Assembly (NCBI GenBank): GCA_965223905.1
Contig: CBDCXV010000010.1
Location: 864,001-928,000, forward strand
Source: Candidatus Latescibacterota bacterium
GTDB taxonomy: Bacteria > Latescibacterota > UBA2968 > UBA8231
Reading direction: 5' to 3'
DNA: 64,000 bases
Both the position numbers and the translations under genes were made by a program. Positions 1-9,611 of the stretch are shown here, piece after piece; the stretch's first letter is position 1, and each line of letters begins with the position of its first letter. Below the pieces are notes generated by a model. That model ran no database searches. It was not told where the DNA came from and worked only from the letters and a program-made list of their open reading frames with translations.

Positions 1-15
1 GTATTAGCCCCCCTC

Positions 16-1725
16 ATGCTAGGTGAATTGCAGTCACGGGGAGGAGCGATTCTCTCCCCTGATGCGACACTGGTCGCTTGCACAGTTTGGAATTGGGATC
101 GGGACACCGTTGACCGGGTTGAGGTGTGGAATTTGAGAACAGGCGAAAAGATCGTCACCCTGAAAGCATACGGGTGCCTGGAGGGATCGCTGTTGTTTTC
201 ACCCGATGGGACCTCGTTGGCCTGCGGATCTGGTGAAAGGGGCTTCCTCCTTTGGGACGTTGAGAGTTGGAATCGCGTCCCCATCGAGGAGAGGGACGGC
301 GAGACAGTCATTTCCATTTCGTTTTCCCCCGATGGAACTACCCTGGCTTCCGCCCGGTGGGATGGAACGATCAAGCTGTGGGATGTGGCGACGGGGAAGA
401 GTATCGCCACCATTGAGGCCCATGAAGGGGAAGTCCTTTCCGTCTCGTTTTCGTCCGATGGAGCCACTTTGGCTTCAGGTTCCCACGATGGAACGGTCAA
501 GCTGTGGGACGGAGCGAATTGGCAAAGAATTACCTCTTTCTCAGGGCATAATGGTAATCTCGACGCGGTGGCATTTTCTCCCGATGGAACTACTCTCGCG
601 GCCGCGTCATGGTATGGAACAGTCGCGTTGTGGGAGATGGCTACACTCAGAAATACCGTCACGCTGGGACCCTTCGGTTCGGTGAATTCCGTGGCGTTTT
701 CTCCAGATGGCACCACTCTGGCCGCCGGGTACCAGAGCGGCACGTACGGATATCTCAGGCTGTGGGACTTATCGACGAGGCAAGTCTCCACCATCGCCTG
801 CCGGGGCAATGGTGCTCGGGGACTGCCGTTGGCCTTCTCGCACGACGGTGCCCTCGCGGTTGGATGGGAGGGAAGGGTCGGTCTCTGGGACGTGAGGACG
901 GAGGATAGGGTGGCCATCTTGGAAGGGCATACAGCCGTTGTGAAGTCGGTTTCGTTTTCTCCAGATGGAACTTTAGCTGCCGGGTTACGGGATGGAACGG
1001 TTCATCTATGGGACGTAACGAGAGGGGAAAGGGTTGCGACTCTCGAAGGACATGGAGGCGTGATTGGTTCGGTATCCTTCTCTCCCGATGGAGCCACCTT
1101 GGCCTCGGGGTCAGGGGATACGGTTCATCTCTGGGACGTGACGAGAGGGGAGAGGGTTGCAGCCCTCGAAGGACATAGATGGGGGGTTCGTTCGGTGGCG
1201 TTTTCGCCGGATGGCACCATCCTCGCTGCCGGGTCTGACCATGGAAGCAAACTGTGGGACGTGGCGGCGCAAACCGAGATCGCCTCTCTCGAAGGCCACC
1301 GGCATCTGGTCATCTCTGTTGCATTCTCACCTGATGGAACAACGCTCGCTTCCTCGTCCCTGGACGGCACGATTCTCTTGTGGGATATGTCGCCCTACAT
1401 ACGCTCTGCACCCACAGCGATCCAATCTCCGTTCTCTCCGTTACCGAGGCCGACCGCCCTGCTCGGCAACTTCCCCAACCCCTTCAACACCACGACCTTG
1501 ATCGAGTACCACCTTGCCGAGCCCGGGGGCGTGCGCTTGGTGATCCACAACGCGCTCGGTCAGCCCGTGCGGACTCTGGTCGACGACTCTCGTGGGGCCG
1601 GGCACCACTCGGTCGAATGGGACGCACATGACGACGGCAGCACCCTCGTTGCCTCCGGGGTCTACCTGGCCCGCCTCAGCCATCCTGGAGGTGCCCAAAC
1701 GCGGCGTCTGATGTTCCTGAAGTAG
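16..1725 (+). CDS. WD40-repeat beta-propeller protein with C-terminal FlgD-Ig/T9SS-like sorting domain (may begin upstream of window)
   Basis: Many GH..V.SV.FSPDG..LAS...DGT..LWD repeats; C-terminal NFPNPFN...G.HSVEWD...SGVYLARL. Frame is open back to base 1. Confidence 0.92.
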   Translation: MLGELQSRGGAILSPDATLVACTVWNWDRDTVDRVEVWNLRTGEKIVTLKAYGCLEGSLLFSPDGTSLACGSGERGFLLWDVESWNRVPIEERDGETVISISFSPDGTTLASARWDGTIKLWDVATGKSIATIEAHEGEVLSVSFSSDGATLASGSHDGTVKLWDGANWQRITSFSGHNGNLDAVAFSPDGTTLAAASWYGTVALWEMATLRNTVTLGPFGSVNSVAFSPDGTTLAAGYQSGTYGYLRLWDLSTRQVSTIACRGNGARGLPLAFSHDGALAVGWEGRVGLWDVRTEDRVAILEGHTAVVKSVSFSPDGTLAAGLRDGTVHLWDVTRGERVATLEGHGGVIGSVSFSPDGATLASGSGDTVHLWDVTRGERVAALEGHRWGVRSVAFSPDGTILAAGSDHGSKLWDVAAQTEIASLEGHRHLVISVAFSPDGTTLASSSLDGTILLWDMSPYIRSAPTAIQSPFSPLPRPTALLGNFPNPFNTTTLIEYHLAEPGGVRLVIHNALGQPVRTLVDDSRGAGHHSVEWDAHDDGSTLVASGVYLARLSHPGGAQTRRLMFLK

Positions 1726-1904
1726 CCCTCCGGTCAACCCACCGAGCATCCCCCGTCGAGGCAGCCTTGGCGCCCCCTCTTTGTCCGAACGCGACGCGAC
1801 CCCGCACGCGACCGCCGCCACCGAACTCGTTCCCGAAGCCAGCCATAGCCGGTAGGGCCAAGGAGCGGCATTCCCACAACCCCCTTGTGGTTGGCTGTTT
1901 TTCG

Positions 1905-1934
1905 TTGACAACCGGGGCCTGGGCTCTGTACCGT
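1905..1934 (+). promoter_or_regulatory. Putative sigma70 promoter
   Basis: TTGACA (1905-1910), 18-nt spacer, TACCGT (1929-1934). Confidence 0.5.
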
Positions 1935-1941
1935 GCCCCTC

Positions 1942-2081
1942 GCTGACGCTTGTTCCGCCGTAAAACCCGTCTGTCGGGTCTCCTGCTGAATACAACAGCT
2001 GCAGTACCGAGGCCCCGGGCTAGCTATCCGTGGTCGGCGAATAGGCGGGACCTTCCTCGCTCTTCCGCGTGCAAGCGTCAG
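1942..2081 (+). ncRNA. Candidate structured RNA of unassigned family (6S-like rod or cis leader)
   Basis: CTGACGCTTG (1943-1952) pairs perfectly with CAAGCGTCAG (2072-2081). Inner stem 1966-1974/2041-2049 uses G-U pairs on the + strand. Starts where the promoter predicts +1. Confidence 0.45.
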
Positions 2082-2133
2082 TCATGCCCGGCTCCGGTGA
2101 GACGGGCGAGTTGTTCACCAAGAGGGTGATCCC

Positions 2134-3153
2134 ATGCTGCGCGTCGCCATCGCCGGCTGCCACCGGCAACTCCTGCGCAAACCGGGAAGCCACAACTTCG
2201 CCTCCGCCTTCTGCGCCCACCCCGGCACTCAGGTCGCCGGTGTCTTCGACTACAGCGCAAGGGAGCGCGCCGGATTCGTCGAGTGCTGGCGGGAGGTCTG
2301 GGGTGAGGTACCGGCCTTCGACAACTACGAGCAGCTTCTCGAAGAGGTCCGGCCCGACATCGTCTGCATCGCCACCCGGCAGACCATGCACGCCGACCAG
2401 ATCGAAAAGGCGGTGGCCGCCGGAGCGCGCGGAATCCTCTGCGACAAACCGCTGGTAACCAGCCTCTCCGAGCTGGACCGGGTCGCCGCGGCCTGCGCGG
2501 AGATTCCGCTGGCCTTCGCTCTCGACCGCCGCTGGGACCCTGCGTACCGGACGCTCTGCTCAGCGCTTTCCTCAGCCCCGATCGGCGAGATCAGCAGCCT
2601 CGTCGCCTACGGCATCCCGAACACGATCAACCACGGCTGCCACTGGTACGACGCCATGCTCATGCTCCTCGGCGATCCGGAACCTGCCTGGGTCAGCGGC
2701 TTCCTCGACCCCGGCGACTCTCAGGACGAGCGCCGCCGCAGCGACCCGCCCTGCCGGGCGCAGATCGGCATGGAGAACGGCGTCACCGCTTACGTCACCT
2801 GCGACGGGCCAAAGGGCCCTGCCTTCGAGATCGCCGGGGAGGAAGGGCGCATCTCGGTGTTCGCAGACGCCGCCGCAGCCCGCATCCACAAGGACGCATC
2901 GGAAGAGCGGCTGCCCCTGCCTCCGAAGGTGGAAGGCTGGCATGCCGGCATGGACATGGTCGCCGACCTGGTGCGGGCCGTGAAGGAAGGAGGGCGCACC
3001 GCCTGTGACCTTCCCCAGGCCCGGCGCGCCACCGAGATCGGGTTCGCCATCTGCTCCTCTTCGGCACGGGACGGGGTCCGGGTCCGGCTGCCCGCGGACG
3101 ACCGCTCCCTCCGCGTCCAGTCGTATCCGTGGGGGAACGAAGCTCCCGCGTAA
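2134..3153 (+). CDS. Gfo/Idh/MocA family oxidoreductase
   Basis: N-terminal Rossmann strand, DIVCIAT..MH, ILCDKP (EKP variant), NHGCHWYD. Confidence 0.9.
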   Translation: MLRVAIAGCHRQLLRKPGSHNFASAFCAHPGTQVAGVFDYSARERAGFVECWREVWGEVPAFDNYEQLLEEVRPDIVCIATRQTMHADQIEKAVAAGARGILCDKPLVTSLSELDRVAAACAEIPLAFALDRRWDPAYRTLCSALSSAPIGEISSLVAYGIPNTINHGCHWYDAMLMLLGDPEPAWVSGFLDPGDSQDERRRSDPPCRAQIGMENGVTAYVTCDGPKGPAFEIAGEEGRISVFADAAAARIHKDASEERLPLPPKVEGWHAGMDMVADLVRAVKEGGRTACDLPQARRATEIGFAICSSSARDGVRVRLPADDRSLRVQSYPWGNEAPA

Positions 3154-3555
3154 CAGGGCCCACGACTCACGGGCCAGCACCATATTTCACTGTTCCCACC
3201 GCTGGAGCACAGAGGGCGAAATGGTTGGCTGTTCCGGGCGCGCGATCGCACCACCTCGTGTATGCGCTGGCTCGAGGCTTTTTGATCCCTCTTTCCGCTA
3301 CTGCTACACTGAGCCAAACCAGGCCACACCGGGTAACCAGATTGCCCATTCTCCCATCCCTGAGTTGCACCAGTTCAGGTCTCACTTGCGCGACCCGATT
3401 CCCCGGCGGAATTGCCCGGTGTCGCCGGCAGTTGGATTTTCATCCCTGAAGCGGAGCACCTGAAGGAGCGCACGTCCGCCGGTCGACCGGTATTGCGGCT
3501 GCCCGATGTCCCCGCTTCCAGCCACCGAAGCAGCAGTCCCCTGGAGAAACCAAAC

Positions 3556-4449
3556 ATGAGCCTGAGAATCGAAAAAATCAGCGAGCACATCGGCGCCGAG
3601 GTCCACGGCGTCGACATCGCCTCCCCCATCGACAGCGGCACCTTCGCCCTCCTGCGCGAGGCCTTCCACCGGCACTCCGTCCTCGTCTTTCGCGGCCAGG
3701 AGATCGGCGACGAGCAGCACGTGGCCTTCAGCGAGGGGTTCGGCCCCCTCGAGATGACCATCCCCAGCGACCCGGTCGGCGACGGCGGCCCCATCGGCGT
3801 CATCTGCAACGTCGACGACAACGGCGACGTCATCCCCCCCGACGACCAGCGCATGCTCTACCAGAAGGGGAACACCCTGTGGCACTCGGACGGCTCTTTC
3901 CGCAAGGTGCCGCTGCGCGGCTCCCTGCTGTCGGCCAAGGAGGTGCCGCCCGCCGGAGGCGAGACCGAGTACGCGAGCCTGCGCGCCGCTTACGCCACCC
4001 TCACCGACGAACGCAAGGAACTGATCGAGGACCTGGTCGCCGAGCACAGCATCGCCTGGTCGCGGCAGCAGATCGCCCCCGGCCTGATGGACGACGAGTT
4101 CCTCAAGGACACGCCGCCGGCGCCGCATCCGCTGGTGCGCAGGATTCCCGAGACCGGCGAGAAGGTCCTCCTCGTCGGCTCGTACGCCACCCACATCGTC
4201 GGCTGGCCGGTGGAGAAGGGCCGCGCCCTGCTAGCGGAGCTTCTCGAATGGGCGACGCAGCCGGCCTTCGTGTACCGCCACGAGTGGCGGCGGCACGACC
4301 TGGTGATGTGGGACAACGTCAGCTGCCTGCATCGCGGCCGGCCCTGGGACGGCCGCTACCGCCGCGTCATGCACCGGACCACCCTTTCCGGGGCGAGCCT
4401 GGCGGAGGCAGCCGTTGCCTCCCGCAGCGGCCGGAGATCAAAGCAATGA
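3556..4449 (+). CDS. TauD/TfdA family Fe(II)/2-oxoglutarate dioxygenase
   Basis: IGAEVHGVD, WHSDGS (HxD), GGETEY, HPLVR, WDN..LHR. ATG 3556 follows GGAG. Confidence 0.93.
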   Translation: MSLRIEKISEHIGAEVHGVDIASPIDSGTFALLREAFHRHSVLVFRGQEIGDEQHVAFSEGFGPLEMTIPSDPVGDGGPIGVICNVDDNGDVIPPDDQRMLYQKGNTLWHSDGSFRKVPLRGSLLSAKEVPPAGGETEYASLRAAYATLTDERKELIEDLVAEHSIAWSRQQIAPGLMDDEFLKDTPPAPHPLVRRIPETGEKVLLVGSYATHIVGWPVEKGRALLAELLEWATQPAFVYRHEWRRHDLVMWDNVSCLHRGRPWDGRYRRVMHRTTLSGASLAEAAVASRSGRRSKQ

Positions 4450-5558
4450 CGACGGATACCACCACGGACTCGGCAGCGATCCCCGCCCGCCTCGACAACC
4501 TGCTGCGGCCCGAGGTCCTGGCCGCCTTCGACCGCGCCGCTTTCGAGCGCGAGGGGTACTGGGTCTGGGAGGGGGTCCTCACCGAAGCCGGCCGGGAGCG
4601 GTTCACCGCCAGTCTCGAGAGGCTGCAACAGCTCAACGACGACATCATCATGGCGACCGACTGGGGAGCCATCGACTACGAGGCCCGGGGTCTGGAACCG
4701 CCGTCCCCGGAAGAGCTCGCCATCGAGGCGCGGCAGCGCACCCTCGGCGGCAGCGAGGAGGTCCGTTGCCTGCCGCGCCAAGGCCGCGCCTACATGCACG
4801 AACACGGGCTCTTCGGTCCGGAGCCCACCCTCGTCACCCCCGGTGTCGACTCCGAGGGGATGATGCCGGAGTACTGGGCCGCGGCGTACGACGGCTTCAT
4901 CCTCGACGTCATCACCGCGCACCCGCAGATGATGGAGCTGCTCGCCAGACTCTTCGGCGACCGCTTCGTCCTCGACCACCTGGTGCTGATGAACCGCTCC
5001 CCCGGGTCGAGAGGCCGGCGCTGGCACGGCCACCCGTACCGCGACGGCAGTTACGAGGTCCAGGACCGGGTCGGGGACGGCAGCGCCCTCACCCGGGAGT
5101 ACCTGCGGGAGCAGTGCATCCGCACCCTCTGCTACCCCGAGGGGGCCGACGACGAGCACGGCGGCGAGCTCGCGGTAATTCCCGGATCTCACCTCTACCG
5201 CATACCTTACAAATGGGACGGCGGCCGCAACGAGGGGGACGAGGAGATGGAAAGGTACTGGCTGCCGGGAAAGGTCCACGCCTTCACCGGGGAGCCGCTG
5301 AAGATCGTGCACCTGCAGATCCCTCCCGGCAGCATGGTCTCCTTCGTCCACCACATGCCGCACTTCGTCGGTTACCGGGCGCCCGGCGCCCCGGTGCGCT
5401 GGGGGCTGCTAATGGCTTACCGGAGCCCCGACCCCAATGCCGAGCCGGGAAAGTGGTCGGAGGGAGTGCCGCCGCACTGGGCGGAGCGGATGCTCGCTGC
5501 CGGCAGGCTTTCGTCCCAGGCGCGGCAGGTGTTCGCAGGCGACAACCCGGTTTTCTGA
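4446..5558 (+). CDS. PhyH-like dioxygenase-fold protein with atypical HxH motif
   Basis: FEREGYWVWEGVLT start, WHGH, GELAVIPGSH, PPGSMVSF..HMPH. ATGA overlap with the TauD gene. Confidence 0.75.
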   Translation: MTTDTTTDSAAIPARLDNLLRPEVLAAFDRAAFEREGYWVWEGVLTEAGRERFTASLERLQQLNDDIIMATDWGAIDYEARGLEPPSPEELAIEARQRTLGGSEEVRCLPRQGRAYMHEHGLFGPEPTLVTPGVDSEGMMPEYWAAAYDGFILDVITAHPQMMELLARLFGDRFVLDHLVLMNRSPGSRGRRWHGHPYRDGSYEVQDRVGDGSALTREYLREQCIRTLCYPEGADDEHGGELAVIPGSHLYRIPYKWDGGRNEGDEEMERYWLPGKVHAFTGEPLKIVHLQIPPGSMVSFVHHMPHFVGYRAPGAPVRWGLLMAYRSPDPNAEPGKWSEGVPPHWAERMLAAGRLSSQARQVFAGDNPVF

Positions 5559-5581
5559 ACAATCTTCATATCGAGACCAGG

Positions 5582-6646
5582 ATGGGCAAAGAAGAGCTGT
5601 CCCCCGCGACCTTCATCGGCGTGCAGGGGGACGACGTCATTTCATTCGGATCGGGGCAGCCGGACCTGCCCCCGCCTCCCGAGGCGTACCACGTTCTCCC
5701 CCACTACCGCGACTTCAAGTACGGGCTGATCCAGGGGATGGCGGAGCTGCGCCGGGCGCTGGCCGGCCAGTACCCCGACTCGACCCCCGACAGCTTCGTC
5801 ATCACCAACGGCGCTTCCGAGGCGCTCGACCTCGTGCTGCGGGTGATCGCCCGCAAGCAGGGGCCCGGCGGCAAGGTCCTGATGGCGCGCCCCTACTACT
5901 ACTCCTACCCGCACATGGCGCGCTACGCCGGGCTCGAGCCGGTCTACACCGACACCATCGACGGCCTCATCGACTTCGACGACTTCGCCGCCAAGGTCGG
6001 GGACTGCCGCGCCGTCATCGTCAACTCCCCCTCCAACCCGACGGGACGCGTCGAGGCGATCGAGACCCTGGCGAAGATCGAGAAACTCACCAGCGATCTC
6101 GGGGTCTACGTGCTCTCCGACGAGGTCTACAAGGACCTGATCTACGTGCGCGAGAACTACCTCCTCAAGGGCCCGCACGTGGTCACCATCAACTCCTTCT
6201 CCAAGACCTACGCCATGTGCGGCTTCCGGGTCGGCTACCTCTGGTCCCTCGACCAGGAGCTGGTCGAGGAGGTGATCGCCGTCAAGACGCACACCTCGAT
6301 GAACACCAACATCCTCGGCCAGGAGATGGCACTGGCGGCTGTGGGGGTCTCCTCCGACTTCGCGGAGAAGCAGCTGGAGGTCTGGCGCCACCGCCGCGAC
6401 CTGATCTGGCAGGGACTCGCCGACCTCGGCCTCGACCTGTGGAAGCCGGAAGGGGCCTTCTACGTCATGCCCAGGGTAGAGGAGCCCCTCGACTTCGTCC
6501 GCGACCTCTTCGAGCGCTACAAGGTGATCACCTACCTCGGCGACTGGTTCGGCTCCCCGGACCGGGTGCGGCTGTCGTACGCCCTCGATGTGGGCAAGAT
6601 CGAAGAGGGGCTCGAGCGCATCGGGCGTTACCTGCGGCAGCGGTAG
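5582..6646 (+). CDS. PLP-dependent aminotransferase class I/II
   Basis: GQPD, TNGASEAL, NSPSNPTG, SDEVY, NSFSKTYAMCGFRVG, GAFY. Confidence 0.93.
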   Translation: MGKEELSPATFIGVQGDDVISFGSGQPDLPPPPEAYHVLPHYRDFKYGLIQGMAELRRALAGQYPDSTPDSFVITNGASEALDLVLRVIARKQGPGGKVLMARPYYYSYPHMARYAGLEPVYTDTIDGLIDFDDFAAKVGDCRAVIVNSPSNPTGRVEAIETLAKIEKLTSDLGVYVLSDEVYKDLIYVRENYLLKGPHVVTINSFSKTYAMCGFRVGYLWSLDQELVEEVIAVKTHTSMNTNILGQEMALAAVGVSSDFAEKQLEVWRHRRDLIWQGLADLGLDLWKPEGAFYVMPRVEEPLDFVRDLFERYKVITYLGDWFGSPDRVRLSYALDVGKIEEGLERIGRYLRQR

Positions 6647-6708
6647 GGGGCCGGGAATAGGTCGGAGCGGTTGCGAAGGGTGAGTCTCGTGGCAGGGAGA
6701 GAAACCGC

Positions 6709-7995
6709 ATGAAAGCGACCATTACCATTTTCGGGATTTGCCTCCTCCTGCTTGCGACCGGACCGGCCTCCGGTGCCGACTGCGATAACTGGAACACCAG
6801 GGGATTTTTTGAAACCGCTACAGTCGAGGAATTGACGGGTTGCCTTCAGGCCGGTGCCGACCCGAACGCACGGGACGAAGAGGGGAATACTCCCCTGCAT
6901 GCAGCGGTCCATTCAGATCCCGCCGTGCTCACGGCCCTGCTGAACGCCGGAGCAGACCCCAACGCGCGCGACAAAGGCGGCCGCACTCCTCTGGACGGGG
7001 CGATCTCCTCGACGGTCCTTTCGAATGGAAGTCCTTCCGTCATCACGCTGCTTCTGGAAGCCGGGGCCGACCCGAACGCACGGCACGAAAGCGGAGGAAC
7101 TTCCCTGGATCTCGCTGTCCTGTTAAGCGCCCATCCCGCCGTTATTACGACCCTGCTGAAAGCCGGGGCCGACCCGAACGCACGGAACCCCAACATCGGC
7201 TTCACCCCACTGCATTGGGCTGCTGCCAATAGAATCATAAACCCCGACGTCGTTACTGCCTTCGTGAAAGCCGGAGCCGATCCAAACGCGCGGGACAAAG
7301 ACGGCCGCACCCCTCTCCATCTGGCAGCAGAAGAGAACGAAAATCCCGCGGTCATCACTGCCTTGCTTGACGCCGGAGCCGACCTCACCGCACGGGACAG
7401 TAACGGCAACACCTCCCTGCATTGGGCTGCTGGGCGGAACGATAATCCCGACGTCATCGCTGCCTTGCTTGACGCCGGAGCTGACCCCAACGCAAGGAAC
7501 AAAAACGGAAACACTTTCCTCCATTCGGCGATGTGGAACAATAACCCCGACGTTATTTCTACCTTGCTGAAGGCCGGGGCCGACACGAACGCACGAAACA
7601 AAAACGGAAACACCTCCCTGCATTTGGCAGCAGTGCAGAACGATAATCCCGCGGTCCTCGCTGCTCTCCTGAATACCGGGGCGGATCCAAACGCACGGGA
7701 CAAAGACGGCTGCACCCCTCTGCATCTGGCAGGAAGGAACGATAACCCCGACGTCATCGCTGTTCTCTTGAAGGCCGGGGGCGACACGAACGCACGGGAC
7801 AAAAACGGCAATTCCTCCCTGCATTTGGCGGCCATTTTAACAAAAAATCCCGCAGTCATAACCTTACTCTTGGACGCAGGTGCCGACCCGAATGCACGAA
7901 ACGAGGAGGGCCACCTCCCCTGGGATTACGCCGAGAAAAACGAAGCCCTCAAGAACACCGACGCCTATTGGCGGCTGCATGACGCGAGGTTTTGA
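6709..7995 (+). CDS. Secreted ankyrin-repeat protein
   Basis: Hydrophobic signal peptide and about ten G.TPLH.AA...LL.AGADPNARD repeats. Confidence 0.95.
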   Translation: MKATITIFGICLLLLATGPASGADCDNWNTRGFFETATVEELTGCLQAGADPNARDEEGNTPLHAAVHSDPAVLTALLNAGADPNARDKGGRTPLDGAISSTVLSNGSPSVITLLLEAGADPNARHESGGTSLDLAVLLSAHPAVITTLLKAGADPNARNPNIGFTPLHWAAANRIINPDVVTAFVKAGADPNARDKDGRTPLHLAAEENENPAVITALLDAGADLTARDSNGNTSLHWAAGRNDNPDVIAALLDAGADPNARNKNGNTFLHSAMWNNNPDVISTLLKAGADTNARNKNGNTSLHLAAVQNDNPAVLAALLNTGADPNARDKDGCTPLHLAGRNDNPDVIAVLLKAGGDTNARDKNGNSSLHLAAILTKNPAVITLLLDAGADPNARNEEGHLPWDYAEKNEALKNTDAYWRLHDARF

Positions 7996-8042
7996 GTGGC
8001 CAGAGCATATTCAGTTGAGAGTTTGTCTTCGAGAGGCACGAC

Positions 8043-9323
8043 ATGGCCAAACTTCGAGAAATTTATGAACATAAGCTCCCGGAACTCTGTCGTGCGAAAG
8101 CCCGGATAAAATCCCTCCTCAAAGAAGTGGTCCTGGCAATTGAAGACAGGAACCTCGTACGCGCTGAAGTTCTCTGTGTCCGAATCAAGGATTTTCCCAG
8201 CCTTCAGCGGAAAGCACGAAAGAATGGTTGGCAGCCGGATCAGGCGTTGTGGAGATGCACAGATCTCATCGGGGGGCGGGTGGTTTGCAATAATATCGAG
8301 GATGTGCACAGATTTGCCGAGCTCCTTAAGGAACGTCTTCCCCTCTTTTTGGACTTTGACCTCGATGTACAGGATTACATCTCAGAACCCAAGGGCGGTG
8401 GCTATAGGGCACTTCACGTAAATTTTAGGCTGGACTTTGTCGTAGAACATTTTCAAATGCACTCCGTGCCCTGCGAGGTCCAAATTCAAACCCGCCTTCA
8501 GAATGCCTGGGCAGAGCTTTCCCACGACGACATCTACAAACAATCGGGTCTCCCTGAAGACCTTCGTGCCCGAGCAAATGACCTCGCGGAGATACTGGCA
8601 GCCGCAGACAAGATCGCAAGCGATATCCGGTTAAGAGTGATGCGAGAAATCCATGCTCCATCTCATCAACCGGACTTGGGACAGGTTTCGACTGATGGTC
8701 TCGTCTACAGCTTCAAGGAAGTGTTTGCTCGGTCCCCTTCCGAGTACTCGGTCAGACAGGCTCTCAACCTTTGCGACCATTTTAACCTCGGTACGCTTGA
8801 GAAATTTTCCAAAATTCTCAAGTCGTCTGAATTCCGTGACAAAGCAGAAAAAACCTACCGTCCAATCCTCGGGGTCAGTATTGAGAATGAAGATGTTTTT
8901 CTTGCCGCACTATACGCCGCTGCAAAAGGCAAGGCTAAAGCATTCAAGTGGGTAAAGAAGAAAGCGCGCCGAGCGTGGCGCGAAATCGAAGCATTCGCGA
9001 TTAGAGAAACGCTTAGCTCGCTTCCGGATACGATTGACGATTTCATCGAGGAACTAAAAGACCCAAGTGTTGACACCAAAGAGGTAGAAACGTGGGCAGA
9101 AGCATTAGGGGCAACCAGTAATTGCGCAGTATGCAGTACGACTGTTGTACAGCCTTTCGCGTTCGCAGAGGCCGCGGTGCGGCATTATGAAGTCTCCGAA
9201 GACCAACCTGGTTTCATTGAACGAATTTATAGCGTAATAGAACCTTCCGGCTTGGAAACCGGAGGCGGTAATGATGACTCACTTTGTGCATACCACAAAC
9301 ACCTGCAGGCAAAAGACGATTAG
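8043..9323 (+). CDS. RelA/SpoT nucleotidyltransferase-domain protein (small alarmone synthetase-like) with long C-terminal extension
   Basis: RIK...SLQRK, DLIGGRV, GYRALH, EVQIQT, AWAELSHDDIYK; lower GC than flanks. Confidence 0.88.
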   Translation: MAKLREIYEHKLPELCRAKARIKSLLKEVVLAIEDRNLVRAEVLCVRIKDFPSLQRKARKNGWQPDQALWRCTDLIGGRVVCNNIEDVHRFAELLKERLPLFLDFDLDVQDYISEPKGGGYRALHVNFRLDFVVEHFQMHSVPCEVQIQTRLQNAWAELSHDDIYKQSGLPEDLRARANDLAEILAAADKIASDIRLRVMREIHAPSHQPDLGQVSTDGLVYSFKEVFARSPSEYSVRQALNLCDHFNLGTLEKFSKILKSSEFRDKAEKTYRPILGVSIENEDVFLAALYAAAKGKAKAFKWVKKKARRAWREIEAFAIRETLSSLPDTIDDFIEELKDPSVDTKEVETWAEALGATSNCAVCSTTVVQPFAFAEAAVRHYEVSEDQPGFIERIYSVIEPSGLETGGGNDDSLCAYHKHLQAKDD

Positions 9324-9329
9324 CCCTCG

Positions 9330-9600
9330 ATGACCTTGAAAATCGGCATCGTCGGGACCGGCAACGTCGCCAGGGCCAACTACATGCCCTGCCTGACCGC
9401 GGAGAAGGATGTTGAGCTCGGCTACTACAACCGCACCGCAAGCAAGGCGGAGCAGTTCGCTACGGACTTCGGGGGGCGGGCGTTCCAGTCTCCGGGGAAC
9501 CTGGTCGCCTGGGACCCGGATGCGGTCCTCGTGCTTACCAAGGAAAACGACCGCTTCGAGGCGGCCTCCGCTCTTCTCGAGCACGGGCCGAGGCGGTTGT
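9330..9600 (+). pseudogene. 5' fragment of Gfo/Idh/MocA gene, a diverged duplicate of 13857-14121
   Basis: Collinear with the first ~88 codons of the 13857 gene; homology stops at ~9600, just before the DUF262 stop. Confidence 0.9.
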
Positions 9601-9611
9601 CCGTGCCTCAA

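Noticed and set aside
998-1176. Near-identical DNA repeats within the WD40 (and ankyrin) genes
   Set aside because: Expected from repeat-protein expansion.
1942-2081. Known riboswitch (TPP, SAM, cobalamin, glycine, c-di-GMP), SRP RNA or tRNA
   Set aside because: Their conserved sequence motifs were not seen, so it is left unassigned.
4415-5581. Long N-terminal extensions in the ORF track (also 15233, 16291, 18053, 34590, 38380)
   Set aside because: Arg/Pro-rich read-through of neighbouring genes; real starts were reassigned from motifs and stop/start overlaps.
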